Virus record (IMG/VR): IMGVR_UViG_3300037499_000324 | Span: 1 to 28,645 of that record | Length of the DNA stretch: 28,645 nt | Direction: 5' to 3' (one strand) | Source of the DNA: a virus | Taxonomy: Duplodnaviria; Caudoviricetes | In this document: in pieces, positions 7,936-15,887 of the stretch | How positions within the stretch are numbered: position 1 is the first letter of the stretch | Layout of the letters: each line of letters begins with the position of its first letter | Position numbers and translations under genes: made by a program | Notes under the pieces: model-generated | What the model was told of the DNA's origin: nothing | The model's database searches: none | What the model saw: only the letters and a program-made list of their open reading frames with translations

Positions 7936-9540
7936 GTGCCCGCCACCGCAGCACAGATCGCCGCCCTCGAAGCCGACCCCCTCACCTGGCGGGCCACCCT
8001 CTTCGAGAAATACCTGACCGACACCCAGGGCCGCCTCGTCCCCGACGCCCCACACCACCGCCGCTACTGGACGTGGCTCTGGTCGATCGAACGAGGCAAG
8101 CGGAGCCCCGCCTTCGTCGGCATCTGGGCCCGAGGAGGAGCCAAGAGCACGAACGCCGAACTCGGCACCATCGCCGTCGGCGCCCGACGAGCCCGCCGCT
8201 ACGCCTGGTACGTCAGCGACACCCAGGACCAGGCCGACGACCACGTCGAAACCATCGGCCAAATGCTCGAAAGCCGCCAGGTCGCCACCTTCTACCCCGA
8301 CCTCGCCGCCCGCCGCGTCGGCAAATACGGCAGCAGCCGAGGCTGGCGACGCAACCGCCTCCGCACCCGCTCAGGCTTCACCGTCGACGCCATCGGCCTC
8401 GACCGGGCCAGCCGAGGCGTGAAGGACGAGGAGGTCCGCCCCGACTTCTTCATCCTCGACGACATCGACGACCAGGACGACACGGCCGCAGCCACAGAGA
8501 AGAAAATCAACACCCTCACGAAAACGATCATCCAGGCCGGCAGCGAGGACCGGGCCATCACAGCCATCCAGAACCTGGTGAAACCGGGCGGCGTCTTCGA
8601 CCAGCTGGCAACCGGCGACGCCGACTACCTCGCCAACCGGATCCTCAGCGGCCCCATCCCCGCCATCGAGGACCTCACCTACGAAACCCGCATCACCGAC
8701 GAAGGCCCCCGCATCGAAATCACCGGAGGCACCCCAACGTGGATCGGCCAGGACCTCGCCCGCTGCCAGGACGACATGAACGAGGTCGGCATCACCGCCT
8801 GGCTGCAGGAGGCCCAACACGAAGTCGCCGACCCGCCCGGCGGCATGTTCGACCACATCGACCTCGCCAGCCTCCGCCGCCAACCCGAACACATCCCGCC
8901 CCTCACCCGAGTCGTCTGCTGGGTCGACCCGGCCGTCACGAAGACCGACCAGAGCGACGCCCACGCCATCCACGTCGCCGGCATCGACGGAGACCGGGAG
9001 ACCGGCACCATCTGGGACCTCTGGTCGTGGGAGCAGCGAGCCACCCCACTCGCCAGCCTGAAAACCGCCATCCGGGAGGGAGCCCGCTGGGGCGCCAACT
9101 ACGTCGGCGTTGAAACCGACCAGGGCGGCGACACGTGGAAAGTCGTGTTCCGAACGGCGAAGAAGCGAGCCGTCGAGGAGGCCGAAGCGGCCGGCGACAC
9201 CGACCTCGCCGCCCGCATCCGACACCTCGCCTTCAAGGAAGCGAAGGCCGGCCAGGGCGACCAGCCGAAGGCGCACCGGGCCAGCATGATGCTCGCCGAC
9301 TACGAACGGCCCGGCTGGACCATCCTCCACGCCATCGGCACCCACACCCTCCTCGAACGGGCCCTCAAACGGTTCCCGAAGACGAAACCCCTCGACCTCG
9401 TCGACGCCAAATACTGGGCGTGGGACGACCTCCGGAACGGCCACGAGGTCGCCGCCGGCGGAGGCGACGACCCCGACGACGAACCCGACGAGGACGACGA
9501 CCCGTACGCCGCCGCCCGCAGCAGCCGCCTCTGGGCCTAA
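7936..9540 (+). CDS. terL: Terminase large subunit
   Basis: Walker A-like WARGGAKST, Walker B FFILDD, nuclease motifs WVDPA..SDAHA, GVETDQGG and DLVDA; upstream of the portal. Confidence 0.9.
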   Translation: MPATAAQIAALEADPLTWRATLFEKYLTDTQGRLVPDAPHHRRYWTWLWSIERGKRSPAFVGIWARGGAKSTNAELGTIAVGARRARRYAWYVSDTQDQADDHVETIGQMLESRQVATFYPDLAARRVGKYGSSRGWRRNRLRTRSGFTVDAIGLDRASRGVKDEEVRPDFFILDDIDDQDDTAAATEKKINTLTKTIIQAGSEDRAITAIQNLVKPGGVFDQLATGDADYLANRILSGPIPAIEDLTYETRITDEGPRIEITGGTPTWIGQDLARCQDDMNEVGITAWLQEAQHEVADPPGGMFDHIDLASLRRQPEHIPPLTRVVCWVDPAVTKTDQSDAHAIHVAGIDGDRETGTIWDLWSWEQRATPLASLKTAIREGARWGANYVGVETDQGGDTWKVVFRTAKKRAVEEAEAAGDTDLAARIRHLAFKEAKAGQGDQPKAHRASMMLADYERPGWTILHAIGTHTLLERALKRFPKTKPLDLVDAKYWAWDDLRNGHEVAAGGGDDPDDEPDEDDDPYAAARSSRLWA

Positions 9541-9581
9541 GACCGCACCACCGGCCACGACGCCCTTAGGGTGGACAGCCA

Positions 9582-10934
9582 ATGACCACACCGACCCACG
9601 GAAGCCTCTGCACCGGCTACGGCGGCCTAGAACTCGCCCTCGCAGGCACCGGTGCCCTGAAGTGGGTGGCCGAGATCGACGCCGACGCCAGCCGAGTCCT
9701 AGCCGACCGCTTCCCCGGCACGCCCAACCTCGGCGACCTCAAGACAGCCGACCCCGAGCCGGTCGACGTCATCACCGCAGGATTCCCCTGCCAGCCGCTC
9801 AGCACCGCCGGACGACGAAAGGGCATGGACGATGACCGATGGATCTGGGACGACATCGAGGCGCTTGTTGGCCGAATGGAGCCACGACCAGGACTGCTCC
9901 TCCTCGAGAACGTGCCAGGGCTGCTCACTGCAAACGGCGGGGACGCTATGGCCCGAGTCGTTCACGGCCTGGCCGGCCTCGGCTACGTGGGAACCTGGAG
10001 GACTCTACGAGCAGCCGACGTCGGCGCCTGCCACGGACGACGCCGGGTCTTCATCGCTGCTGCCCACGCCGAACGCCTTCGAGAGCGACCCGAGCGAGGA
10101 GATGGTCGAGGAGATGAGGGAGGCGGGCATCGACCCGGACGCCCGCCTCTACCTGCCCAACCGGAAGTGGCACACCCAACGGACACTGAGACGGACGATC
10201 GCGGCGCTCGCCTCCTCCCCACGCCAGCAGCCTGGGACGGAAGCCGAGGTCCCGACTACGCCCGCCAGCGGGAGCGAGCCGCCACTGGAAGCGGAGGCGA
10301 CGACCTCACCACCGCCGTAGCGAAGCTCCTCCCCACACCCCAAGCCCGAGACGAGAAGGAGTGGACCGACAGCCGCGCCACCCCCGACACAATCGGCCGG
10401 GCCCGAGGAGCGGGCGGCGCCGGCAGCCTCGTGGATCTCCCGAAACTGCTGCCGACCCCGACCAGCGTCATGGGATCAGGAGGTAACACCAGCCGCAGCG
10501 GCGACCGCAGCGACGAACTCCTTCTCGGAGGGCTCCTCCGCCAGGTGGGCCGAAACCTTCCCACCCCGACGGCAGCCGACGCCAAGATGGCCCGCAACGA
10601 GACGGCCTGGCGGGCCGACGGGACAACAGGGACCGGCCGCACCATGAGCGACGTCGCCCACGCCGAGATGTGGGGCGACTACGTCGACGCCATCAACCGG
10701 CACATGAACGCCACCGGCCAGGAGGCACCCGACCCCGTAGACGAGGGCCGCCGGCTCAACCCCGCCTTCGTCGAGTGGATGATGATGCTCCCACCCGGCT
10801 GGGTCACCGACATCCCCGGCCTCACCCGAGGCGCACAACTCCGCATCCTCGGCAACGGCGTCGTGCCGGCCCAGGCCACCACCGCCTACGCCGAGCTCCT
10901 CACCCGCCTCCAAAGGCCGCACCACTCCCCTTGA
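9582..10934 (+). CDS. DNA (cytosine-5) methyltransferase
   Basis: Motif I SLCTGYGG, IV GFPCQ, VI ENV, VIII HGRRRVF, and IX/X RLNPAFVEWMM..LGNGV. Four LPTP repeats in the variable region. Confidence 0.92.
   Translation: MTTPTHGSLCTGYGGLELALAGTGALKWVAEIDADASRVLADRFPGTPNLGDLKTADPEPVDVITAGFPCQPLSTAGRRKGMDDDRWIWDDIEALVGRMEPRPGLLLLENVPGLLTANGGDAMARVVHGLAGLGYVGTWRTLRAADVGACHGRRRVFIAAAHAERLRERPERGDGRGDEGGGHRPGRPPLPAQPEVAHPTDTETDDRGARLLPTPAAWDGSRGPDYARQRERAATGSGGDDLTTAVAKLLPTPQARDEKEWTDSRATPDTIGRARGAGGAGSLVDLPKLLPTPTSVMGSGGNTSRSGDRSDELLLGGLLRQVGRNLPTPTAADAKMARNETAWRADGTTGTGRTMSDVAHAEMWGDYVDAINRHMNATGQEAPDPVDEGRRLNPAFVEWMMMLPPGWVTDIPGLTRGAQLRILGNGVVPAQATTAYAELLTRLQRPHHSP
9832..10320 (+). CDS. Overlapping +1-frame ORF inside the C5 methyltransferase
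   Basis: Reads ...PESFTAWPASATW..LYEQPTSAPATDDAGSSSLLPTPNAFE...TLRRTIAAL and contains its own LLPTP unit. Start uncertain. Confidence 0.45.
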   Translation: MTDGSGTTSRRLLAEWSHDQDCSSSRTCQGCSLQTAGTLWPESFTAWPASATWEPGGLYEQPTSAPATDDAGSSSLLPTPNAFESDPSEEMVEEMREAGIDPDARLYLPNRKWHTQRTLRRTIAALASSPRQQPGTEAEVPTTPASGSEPPLEAEATTSPPP

Positions 10935-10959
10935 CGGCCAGCCGCAGCGGAGGCATAGT
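10931..10959 (+). promoter_or_regulatory. Housekeeping sigma70-type promoter
   Basis: TTGACG (10931-10936), 17-nt spacer, CATAGT (10954-10959); SD AGAGGAG before GTG 10997. Confidence 0.65.
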
Positions 10960-10996
10960 GACCTCACGGACGGACAACCAAACAAGAGGAGCCACC

Positions 10997-11191
10997 GTGA
11001 GCACAGAGAAGACCGACCCCCGCTGCGGCACAGCCGCCGGGTACAACGCCCTCGGGACGGAGCACCGCCGAACCTGCGAACCCTGCAAGGCCGCATCACG
11101 AAAGTGGATGCGAGGCTTCCAGCGAGCCGCCCGCACCGGCACCCACCTCGCATGGGCGGAGGCGAACCCGCCGAGGACCGTCTCGGCATGA
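10997..11191 (+). CDS. Small Zn-binding protein (CGT..GY...CxxC)
   Basis: RCGTAAGYN...HRRTCEPCKAA; strong SD. Confidence 0.75.
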   Translation: MSTEKTDPRCGTAAGYNALGTEHRRTCEPCKAASRKWMRGFQRAARTGTHLAWAEANPPRTVSA

Positions 11192-11454
11192 GCGGCCCCA
11201 ACGACTGGCTGGACTTCACTGACCCCGAGCAGGTCGCAGGAGCCGTAGCCGCACAGATTGAGGACCTCACCCCGACCGAGCGGATCACCGTCCTCAGCGA
11301 CGCCCTCCGGGAGGAAACAGCCGCCGCCACCTTCGGACCCCGCCAACTTGAAATCCTCGACTGGATGCTCGAAACCGCCGTTGAGAACAACCCAAGCGAC
11401 GAGGAGATCACCTGCCTCCAGGACAAAGTGCGCCGCCTGCGAGGGACGCCGTGA
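11188..11454 (+). CDS. Hypothetical protein
   Basis: ATGA-coupled (MSGPNDWLDF...). Confidence 0.7.
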   Translation: MSGPNDWLDFTDPEQVAGAVAAQIEDLTPTERITVLSDALREETAAATFGPRQLEILDWMLETAVENNPSDEEITCLQDKVRRLRGTP

Positions 11455-11753
11455 GCCGCCGACGAGCGGGCAGCGTCCGCTTCGACCCCTACTGGAAGAT
11501 CCAATGGTGGGACGCCACCAGCCTCGCCTGGCGCGACCTCCAGGAGGCCATCCACGACGAGGAGATCGCCATCGTCAGCGCCCGAGCCGAAGCCACCCAC
11601 CGCCAGACCAGCACCCGCCTCATGCGGATCACCGAGACCGGCCGGGAGCCGACCCGCGAGGTCCGCTGGCCCGCCGCCGAGGCGGAGGAATACTGCGCCA
11701 CCCACGACCTGTACAACTGCCCATTCGCCCACGACCCGAGGAGAATCCGATGA
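11451..11753 (+). CDS. Hypothetical protein
   Basis: GTGA-coupled; C-terminal CxxHxxxxCxxxH. Confidence 0.7.
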   Translation: MSRRRAGSVRFDPYWKIQWWDATSLAWRDLQEAIHDEEIAIVSARAEATHRQTSTRLMRITETGREPTREVRWPAAEAEEYCATHDLYNCPFAHDPRRIR

Positions 11754-12040
11754 CCGGACCCGACGCCCGCCAACTCGCCCACCACTTCGAGGAGGGCCGC
11801 CGCGGGGAAACCAACTTCACCGCCAAGCTGTTCGCCCTCCTCGTCAAAGCCGACCCCGACAACCGGGAGCGCATCCGCGCCGGCTTCCCCAACGAGGTCG
11901 CCTGGTGGGAAACCTGGATGGCCAGCCCCAACGGGGAGCAGTGGATGCAAGCCCACCTCGACGGCCGCCTCGACCACAACGACTACGAGCGGTTCGCCAT
12001 CCGAGCCACAGCCCGCACCCTCATCGGAGCCACGCCATGA
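11750..12040 (+). CDS. Hypothetical protein
   Basis: SD GAGGAG, ATGA overlap; motif FTAKL..LLVKADPDNRERIRAGFP. Confidence 0.75.
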   Translation: MTGPDARQLAHHFEEGRRGETNFTAKLFALLVKADPDNRERIRAGFPNEVAWWETWMASPNGEQWMQAHLDGRLDHNDYERFAIRATARTLIGATP

Positions 12041-12222
12041 GCGGCCGAGAGAAGCGAGCCCTCGCCATCCTCGAACGGGCCGGCATCGAACTCCAGAACA
12101 GCAAACCCGACGACGGCCCGCGCCGCTGGTTCGCCGGCCCGGCGAGCCCGACCATTCGAGGCCTGGAGCAACTGGAGACCGTTGCCCACTACGTCGACCT
12201 CGCCCACCGGAGGATCAAGTGA
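12037..12222 (+). CDS. Hypothetical protein
   Basis: ATGA-coupled (MSGREKRALAIL...). Confidence 0.65.
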   Translation: MSGREKRALAILERAGIELQNSKPDDGPRRWFAGPASPTIRGLEQLETVAHYVDLAHRRIK

Positions 12223-12629
12223 GCGGCAGCGGCACCCGCCACTGGGTGCTCGACCCCGCCGGCCACCGGGAGACCGCAGCCGTCGACCGGCCGAAGACCG
12301 GCGACGACGCCTCAGACTTCTTCGGCGGAGAACCCGGCGTGTGGATCGTCATGGACGACCACCTCGACCCCGACGAGTGGATCTGCGACGTTTGCAACGC
12401 CACCATCCTCACCCGCTGGGGAGACGAACCGATGCCCGTACCCATGCTGGGCAGCAACGCCCTCTGCGGCGACTGCCGACACGCCGTCGAAGCGACCGAG
12501 GGGCCGTGGCCAGCCGCCGGCTGCACCTGCGCCGCCTGCGGCGTCCGGTTCCTCATCTGGGCGGACGAGATCGCCGCCGCCTACAACCTTCGAGCGACGG
12601 CCCGCCACCCGCGCCCGGACCTCAACTAG
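12219..12629 (+). CDS. Cys-rich (Zn-binding) protein
   Basis: CDVC, CGDC and CTCAAC motifs; GTGA-coupled. Confidence 0.75.
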   Translation: MSGSGTRHWVLDPAGHRETAAVDRPKTGDDASDFFGGEPGVWIVMDDHLDPDEWICDVCNATILTRWGDEPMPVPMLGSNALCGDCRHAVEATEGPWPAAGCTCAACGVRFLIWADEIAAAYNLRATARHPRPDLN

Positions 12630-12670
12630 AGTCCGGTCCGAAAGGGCAAGGTCATTCAGCCCGAGCGAGA

Positions 12671-12693
12671 GAGCGCCCCCACGAGGGGCGCTC
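12671..12693 (+). terminator. GC hairpin, putative terminator of the small-gene cassette
   Basis: GAGCGCCCC-cacga-GGGGCGCTC, a perfect 9-bp stem. Confidence 0.55.
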
Positions 12694-12694
12694 C

Positions 12695-12717
12695 CGCGTC
12701 TAGCATCCCCACCCATG
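12695..12717 (+). promoter_or_regulatory. Leaderless promoter CGCGTC-TAGCAT-N8-ATG
   Basis: TANNNT box 8 nt before an ATG with no SD; the motif recurs at 15346, 19650, 23024, 24526 and 26751. Confidence 0.65.
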
Positions 12718-12966
12718 ACGGACACCAGGACCTGCCCGCTGTGCGGCCTTGAGGCCGACCCGGCCACGACCGCGGAGCACGCCGAGCGAACCCACGCCGC
12801 AGCCCTCGCCGAACTCGAGGCCCGAGCAAGAGCACCCCGCCCCGACGCCGCCGACAAGCTCGCAGCCCACCTGACCGACACCCACGGCTACGCCATCATC
12901 GACCTCGGGCCGCCCCCCGGCGACGAACCCCGCCGGCCGGCGATGAGGAGGGGCGGCTACCTGTGA
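12715..12966 (+). CDS. Small Zn-finger-like protein
   Basis: CPLC...HAERTH; the stop overlaps the portal start. Confidence 0.7.
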   Translation: MTDTRTCPLCGLEADPATTAEHAERTHAAALAELEARARAPRPDAADKLAAHLTDTHGYAIIDLGPPPGDEPRRPAMRRGGYL

Positions 12967-14456
12967 CCCTCGCCGACAGCCTCAAAGCGTTCCTCACCCG
13001 AGGGCCCGCCGGACCCGCCGCCGTAGCAGCCGCCCACTTCGAGGAGGCCACCGGAAGCGTCAACGTCGACCCCGACGACGACCTCTACCGGAGCGTCAGC
13101 GCCGGCTACCGGGACCTGGTCGGCCCCCTCCTCAGCCGAGCCCAAACCATCAGCGTCAATCTCTACCGGAAGAACCCGCTGGCGAACCGCATCATCAAGA
13201 TCTACACGACGTACATGGCCGGCGAGGGCTTCACCGTCGAGGCGGCCAACCCCGATGTCGCAGCGGTCGTCGACGAGTTCTGGCAGGCGGAACGCAACCA
13301 GATGGAAAGCAACCACCGCCGGTTCGCCCGAGACGGCCTCATCTTCGGCGAGGCGCCCCACCCCGTAGCGGCAGACGAGACGGGTAACACGACCGTCGGC
13401 TACCTCGACCCCCACTCGATCGACCACGTCAAGACCGACCCCCGCAACCAGCTGATCCTCACCGACCTGGTCCTGCGCCGGGCGGGAGGCGACGAGGAGA
13501 AACTTCGTATCGTCCGCCGGGACGAGGACCCGTTCAGCGAGACGGCCGGCCTCCTCGCCGGCGACGTCTTCCTCTGGCTCCACGACCGCATCGGAGCGGC
13601 CACCCGAGGCACCCCCTTCCTCCTCCCCGCCGTCGACTGGCTCGACGCCTACGACCAGATCCTGTGGGAGCTCCTCGAACGGACGAAAGCGGTCCGGGCG
13701 TTCTTCTGGGACGTCGAGGTCGACGGAGGAGCCACCGAGATCGAGATCGCGAAGAAAGAGTGGGGCCGCACCGCACCCCGCAGCGGCAGCGTCCGGTTCC
13801 GCACCCCCGCCATCCAAGTCGCAGCCTCACAGCCGCAGCTGGGCGCCTACGAGGACGTCAACACCGCCCGCTTCATCCTCCGCCACATCGCCACCGCAGC
13901 AGGCGTCGCCCCAACCTGGATCGGCGACCCCGAGGACGCCAACCGGTCGACCGCCGAGCAGATGGACAAGCCGGTACTGCGAGCCCTCACCGACACCCAG
14001 GCCCAATGGAAGTACAACATGGAACGCCTCCTCGCCTACGCCGTCGACCAGAAGATCGGCGCCGGCATGCTCGACCGGGTCGTCGAACGGTTCGACAGCA
14101 CAGGCCAGGGCACCGGCGACATGCAGCCGGCGAGCAAACTGATCAAAGTCACCGCCCCCGCCATCACCGACGACGACGTCACCGGAGCAGCCGCAGCCCT
14201 CACCAGCGTCGCCCAGGCGTTCATGCAACTCGACGTCATCGGCATCGGCGACCCGGAGACCATGCGCCGCATCGTCCGGACCATGCTCCCCGCCCTCGGC
14301 CTCCCCGCCGACGAGCTCCCCGACCCGGACGAGGCCGACGACCGCCAGATCGCCCAGGCCGTCGAGAGCATCCGCCGGCGGGCCATCGCCAGCGGCAAGC
14401 TGCCAGAACTCGAGGAGCGCCTCCGCAAACTCGACGAGGAACTCACAGCCGCCTGA
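12963..14456 (+). CDS. Portal protein
   Basis: 497 aa; LYRKNPLANRII..YMAGEG, FW....N, LIFGE, RGTPFL, GDPEDANRSTA; located between TerL and the head genes. Confidence 0.85.
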   Translation: MTLADSLKAFLTRGPAGPAAVAAAHFEEATGSVNVDPDDDLYRSVSAGYRDLVGPLLSRAQTISVNLYRKNPLANRIIKIYTTYMAGEGFTVEAANPDVAAVVDEFWQAERNQMESNHRRFARDGLIFGEAPHPVAADETGNTTVGYLDPHSIDHVKTDPRNQLILTDLVLRRAGGDEEKLRIVRRDEDPFSETAGLLAGDVFLWLHDRIGAATRGTPFLLPAVDWLDAYDQILWELLERTKAVRAFFWDVEVDGGATEIEIAKKEWGRTAPRSGSVRFRTPAIQVAASQPQLGAYEDVNTARFILRHIATAAGVAPTWIGDPEDANRSTAEQMDKPVLRALTDTQAQWKYNMERLLAYAVDQKIGAGMLDRVVERFDSTGQGTGDMQPASKLIKVTAPAITDDDVTGAAAALTSVAQAFMQLDVIGIGDPETMRRIVRTMLPALGLPADELPDPDEADDRQIAQAVESIRRRAIASGKLPELEERLRKLDEELTAA

Positions 14457-14467
14457 GAGGAGGCCCG

Positions 14468-15316
14468 ATGCCGGCCACCCCGGCGGAGTACCGGCGGGAA
14501 CTCGCCCGCCTCCTCCGAACCCTCGACACCCAAATCGACACGTACGCCGACGCGATGGAGGCGATCCTGGACGACGCCCGCCGACAGATCATCGGCGACC
14601 TCGCCCAACTCGACCTGGACAGCCCGAGCCGGCCGATGCTCGCGCGGGCGCTCGCGGGCGTGGACGAGGCCCTGACCAACATGCGGCGACGCCTCGCCGG
14701 GGAGATGACAGCCGGGACCGCCGCCACCTTCGACACCGGCACGGCGATCGCGACCACCCCCCTCGGCGCCGAGTTCACCATCGCCGGCAGCGCCGTCACC
14801 ACCGACACCCTCGCCATCGCCAGCCAGTTCTCCGCCGAACTCATCCAGGACATCAGCAGCACCGCCCGCCGGCGGATCAACGCCGAACTCACCAGCGTCA
14901 TGGTGGGAGCGCGAACCCCCGGCGAGGCAGCAAAGGCGATCGGCCGCAACCTCCACGACCCCAACCACTTCAGGACGATCGCCCACCGGGCCCGAGCGAT
15001 CGTCGTCACCGAACTCGGCCGGGCGCAGGCCCTCGGCACCCAGGCCGCCCAACAGCAACTGGAAGACACCCAGGCGGGCATCGGCGGGCCGGCGCCACGG
15101 AAACGCTGGCTCAACGCCCACCTGCCAGGAGCCCGAGCGACCCACCTCGAAGCGGAGGCCCGGTACGCCCCGGACGGCAGCGAGGGACCCATCCCCGTCC
15201 GGGCCCTCTTCACCGTCGGAGGCTTCCAAGCGCTCTACCCGAGGGACCCGAGCCTCCCCGCCCGCGAGAGCGTCCACTGCCACTGCGTCAGCGTGACGAC
15301 CATCCCCGCCGACTGA
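14468..15316 (+). CDS. Head morphogenesis/minor capsid protein (MuF/SPP1 gp7-like)
   Basis: RARAIVVTELGRAQ, RKRWL, YPRDPSLPARESVHCHC; SD GAGGAGG; follows the portal. Confidence 0.85.
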   Translation: MPATPAEYRRELARLLRTLDTQIDTYADAMEAILDDARRQIIGDLAQLDLDSPSRPMLARALAGVDEALTNMRRRLAGEMTAGTAATFDTGTAIATTPLGAEFTIAGSAVTTDTLAIASQFSAELIQDISSTARRRINAELTSVMVGARTPGEAAKAIGRNLHDPNHFRTIAHRARAIVVTELGRAQALGTQAAQQQLEDTQAGIGGPAPRKRWLNAHLPGARATHLEAEARYAPDGSEGPIPVRALFTVGGFQALYPRDPSLPARESVHCHCVSVTTIPAD

Positions 15317-15339
15317 GAAACCACACAAACCCTCACACC

Positions 15340-15362
15340 CGCGTCTAGCCTTCCCGCCCATG
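15340..15362 (+). promoter_or_regulatory. Leaderless promoter CGCGTC-TAGCCT-N8-ATG
   Basis: Same architecture as the 12701 site. Confidence 0.65.
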
Positions 15363-15887
15363 ACCGACTTTGACCGCGCAGCCGCCGAGCAGACCCTGAA
15401 GGACGCCGGCGCCAAGAAGGCGAAGAACAGCGCCTGGTGGACCCTCCCCTTCAACGGCGAGGACGGCACACCGGCGCGGGCCAACGGAGCCAAAGCGGCA
15501 CTCGCAGCCCTGGAACGCGGCCCGGGAGCGGCCGCGCCAGCCGTAGCGGCGAGCGACCCCGAGGCGGAGGAGAAAACGGGGAAGGGCACCGGCGAGCCCG
15601 GGACCGCCACCGAGGTCGCCGCCGGCGAGACCGCCACCCTCGACGAGGACGGCGACGGCGAGCCGGCCGCCAGGGTGGGCGTCCCCACACAGCCCGAGAA
15701 GGGCGGACTCACCCCCGTCGAGCGGGCAGCCTTCGACGACAAGGGGCCCGCCGCCGCAGCGGCGAAGACCCGACCGGCGGGCCCGAGCCACACCGGCGCC
15801 GACATCAAGGCCGGCATCGGCATCCCCACCGAACCCGACCGGGGCGGCCTGAGCGACCTTGAGAAAGCACTCCACGGCGTGACATGA
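15360..15887 (+). CDS. Hypothetical low-complexity head-region protein
   Basis: Ala/Gly/Glu rich, with an internal duplicated motif; ATGA-coupled to the capsid gene. Confidence 0.75.
   Translation: MTDFDRAAAEQTLKDAGAKKAKNSAWWTLPFNGEDGTPARANGAKAALAALERGPGAAAPAVAASDPEAEEKTGKGTGEPGTATEVAAGETATLDEDGDGEPAARVGVPTQPEKGGLTPVERAAFDDKGPAAAAAKTRPAGPSHTGADIKAGIGIPTEPDRGGLSDLEKALHGVT

Noticed and set aside
8073-9113. Arg/Pro-rich alternative + frame ORFs (also 17335..18375, 20977..22149, 24149..25342)
   Set aside because: Off-frame reads of GC3-biased genes. Unlike 9832..10320 they contain no recognisable motif.
9129-9141. Other CACGTG cores (e.g. about 1319, 4709, 4901, 7292, 9132) as parS
   Set aside because: The flanks do not match GTTT...AAAC.
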